From: Cyanophora paradoxa CCMP329
Taxonomy: Eukaryota; Plantae; Glaucophyta
Assembly (NCBI GenBank): GCA_004431415.1
Contig: QPMI01000581.1
Span: 36,021-100,020, forward strand
DNA: 64,000 bases
Direction: 5' to 3'
A program made the position numbers and the translations under genes. Below the pieces are notes generated by a model. That model worked only from the letters and a program-made list of their open reading frames with translations, did no database searches and was not told the origin of the DNA. This document shows, one piece after another, positions 61,590-64,000 of this stretch (position 1 is the stretch's first letter; each line of letters begins with the position of its first letter).

Positions 61590-62421
61590 ATGTCCGAACT
61601 AGAAGAGTTTGATGCCTTCTCCATGATAGAACCCCCTTTCAGGGCAATCTTCATTGGGCGCTCCAACACTGGTAAATCAGAAGCTTGTCTGTACTGGATT
61701 AAACAGCTTCACGATGCAAAAAAGATCGATGCCGTAATTGTGGTGACTGGTACAAAGTTCAATAATTTCTGGAATCCAGTCACCCCAATGGTACTCGATG
61801 GCTGGGATCCCGTTTTCATACGCAAGCTGCTGGATGCAAGGCAGCAAAAGATTGCTGCAGGCGGAAAAGTGAATGAGTTATTAATTGTTTTGGATGATTT
61901 GATCGACAATGAGCATGTGGATCTCCATAAAGAAATGATTGCATCCCTGTACACGAGGGGTCGCCATTCCCATATAAGCATCATGGTTATTACCCAAAAA
62001 ATGCGAAAGCTTTCCAGTACAATTCGAGTGAACACTGAGTACACTTGCATTCTCAATGCCAGCAATCGCTTGGAGCTGCTCGCAATCGAGGAAGAATATA
62101 ACACAGGTCCCAAAGATGATTTCTTCAAGCTTTTCAAGGGTATGTGCATTCTTATCAGTACCTTGTGGTTTCTTCCGCTGGGTATGATACATCATGTATG
62201 TAGATAAAGCAACACTGGTGAGGGACTTCAATTTCCCGAGGTTCCACAAGGGGGTGCAATTGTATGAGAAAAGAAACGCAAGGCAAAAGAGGGTGAAGCC
62301 CAAAAAGAACCAACTTGCAAGGATTCAAAAACATTTGCAAACTTTGTCGAAATTTGAACAAGAGCTTGAAGGTATTCCGAATCTTCCCAAATTTCGCCAA
62401 ACAAAAAGAAAATGTTGCTAA
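61590..62421 (+). CDS. A32-like packaging ATPase (frameshifted near 62140-62195)
   Basis: GRSNTGKS, IVLDDL, RGRHSHIS. Close homolog of 12177-12866, including the YVDKA.LV.DF.FPRFH tail. Confidence 0.88.
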
Positions 62422-62440
62422 AAGTTAAACGAAGGTAAAG

Positions 62441-63115
62441 ATGGTTTATCGCAAGAAGCCCAAACCCGTTCAAGCTTTTGCTCTGGCAATCCCAATCAAG
62501 CCCAGCAAGAATCCGGTCTCACCTCTGGTGGTGGCAATGAGATGCCCGAGTACCTTATCGAACCACCCAGATGTTGTAGCCAAGGAAGAGCCATTATTGC
62601 TGACGCAGTTTCCAAAAGGAAACACACAGTGGTAAACGACAGGTGGAAGATATGACCGAAGCCAAATCCCAGATTGCCGTGGAACCCCTGATGCAAACAC
62701 AGACAAGGTCATCAAGCCCAGGTCACTGCCACCCAAGCAGAAAACCAAAGATGTCCCCCAGGTTGCTGAATCGGAACTCAAAAACGAGGTCCCTATCAAA
62801 AACAACACAGTACCTTCGGAGGTTGTTATGAATTTTGAGGAAAAAGTACGAAACCTTGAAATGAAAGTAGCAAACTACGAAAAGTGGGTTCAAAACTACG
62901 AGGAGCGAAAATCTATGAAAAATTTGGTTAAAAAGGAAATTTCGAAACTCGGATTGAAATCAAAGGTCGATGTTGAAGAAATTAAAAAGGAGGATAAGAC
63001 AGATACACAGGCTGCAACTCGCCAGCAAAATGTTGCCCCGCAGTACACCCACATCGTTCCGACAGCCCACACCAATTATGCATCGATGCTTGGTGGAAAG
63101 CGAATTGTTCGCTAA
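62441..63115 (+). CDS. Basic/coiled-coil hypothetical protein (frameshifted), homolog of 12985-13718
   Basis: Coiled-coil alignment and synteny with E2. Confidence 0.5.
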
Positions 63116-63312
63116 TGCCTGTGAATGTCAGCAAGGCATAATTTAACCGGTCCGTATTTCGATCGAGTTTTAATGTGGACACCTTTGCAGAATGGGCAGG
63201 TTGGCTCTGTGAAAAGTATGATGAGATCCACCAGCTCGTATGGGAACAAACGAGCCAGCAGCAGTCTCATTTACTCTACATGACTAAATAATTTATATGC
63301 ATACGTTAGCAA

Positions 63313-63450
63313 ATGGATTGCATCTCTGGAATAATAGAGATGTTTACGTTTCATCTGCGGGGTCACTGCCAGCAGGGCTGCTGTGATGTTGAAGTGTGTT
63401 GGTGTGAACAGCGAACCGAATTCTCGCAGGAAACTCTCTGGAGCCTGTGA
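63313..63450 (+). CDS. Small CxxGCC protein (below the ORF-track cutoff; 3' end uncertain)
   Basis: MDCISGIIEMFTFHLRGHCQQGCCDVEV aligns with MDIIRKFIEMLSLHVVSNCHSGCCDTTI. Confidence 0.55.
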   Translation: MDCISGIIEMFTFHLRGHCQQGCCDVEVCWCEQRTEFSQETLWSL

Positions 63451-63609
63451 GGCGGAGGTCGATTGAAGGAGATCTGGGCAGGTCCGGTCTCAGTTTGAAG
63501 GGGAATCCGCTTGGTCAATTCCTTTGGAACAACAAACCGAACCTGGTCTTTCACGATGATTGATTTTACTAAATTCACAACTGGCGAGAACTTGTAGATT
63601 ACCAGGCAA

Positions 63610-63849
63610 TCAGCAAAGCAATACGTGAACCACCCTAAGCCCCTCCTCCCTAATTCCCCAATCCCTCTTTAGGTAGTTTCCAGGTAGTGAAAGTGTTATT
63701 TCCTCGCTGAATGCCTTTTTCATTGAGTAGAGTTTAAAGAATATGCCTTTTTGCGGTGCATTTAGCTGGTAGTACTGAAATAAATCTAGATCCTCTATAG
63801 GGACCTTGTAGTAGCGCTCTAAAGCAGTCTTGATTGCCGGTCGATCCAT
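63610..63849 (-). CDS. Hypothetical protein
   Basis: 79-aa ORF with an ATG start. No recognised motif. Confidence 0.35.
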   Translation of the reverse strand: MDRPAIKTALERYYKVPIEDLDLFQYYQLNAPQKGIFFKLYSMKKAFSEEITLSLPGNYLKRDWGIREEGLRVVHVLLC

Positions 63850-64000
63850 TCACAAAAATGACTTAAGGATAATCCGCTACTTAAATTAGAGAAAATAATT
63901 TTCTAAGCCCTTAAGTAGAGAATGTCGGATTCAGAGAAAGCCCAGCGACCGCTGAAGTTAAGCCCAAGAAGCGCCAATTGACCCCAGAGCAGAAAGAAGC

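Larger units (their letters stand above)
45098..64000. mobile_element. E6: left part of a large PLV related to E1/E2 (fibres, AdoMetDC, patatin, two pentons, MCP, ATPase)
   Basis: Non-coding end 45.1-45.48 kb, then virion genes. Syntenic with E2 after the MCP. Left boundary is approximate. Confidence 0.72.

Noticed and set aside
594-63578. Numerous 60-150-aa ORFs antisense or out of frame to the long genes
   Set aside because: Shadow ORFs with no motifs, overlapping well-supported genes. Those that are frameshifted pieces are merged into the features above.
1-64000. Bacterial prophage region (tail-fibre motifs, S74 chaperone, speD, patatin)
   Set aside because: No terminase, portal or HK97 capsid and no bacterial genes. 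pPolB, rve integrase, A32 ATPase, DJR capsid, RING and TIR/TSD indicate eukaryotic Polinton-like viruses.

Overview
The whole window is a nest of endogenous Polinton/Maverick-like viruses (PLV-type) in what is probably a eukaryotic (protist-like) genome. No host gene, rRNA, tRNA or CRISPR array is visible. I resolve six elements. E1 (<1-~10795, right part) carries fibre/spike genes, AdoMetDC and terminal repeats. E2 (~10796-24570, right part) carries an MCP tail, endonuclease, A32 ATPase, primase-helicase, RING protein, pPolB and rve integrase. E3 (24571-~26851) is fibre-gene fragments. E4 (~26852-32994 plus 44245-~45097) is GC-richer and carries pPolB, integrase, a split ATPase and an MCP tail. 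E5 (32995-44244) is complete: 11.25 kb, ~250-bp TIRs, AATGA 5-bp TSD. E6 (~45098->64000) carries two giant fibre genes, AdoMetDC, patatin-discoidin, two pentons, MCP and ATPase. All five insertion points fall inside virion-building genes of another element (MCP x2, fibre/spike x2, packaging ATPase), giving the nesting E3[E2[E1]] and E3[E4[E5,E6]]. Only the E5 insertion is proven by a TSD within the window. Other highlights: co-varying terminal stems, flip/flop iteron hairpins bracketing the E2 replication module, a proofreading-degenerate pPolB next to a Prim-Pol/SF3 helicase, prokaryotic-type SAM decarboxylase in two elements, phage-like modular fibres, giant-virus-like promoter motifs and context-specific CpG depletion. 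Many frameshifts are single-base losses in homopolymers and may be long-read errors. All family assignments come from motif recognition by eye, not from searches.
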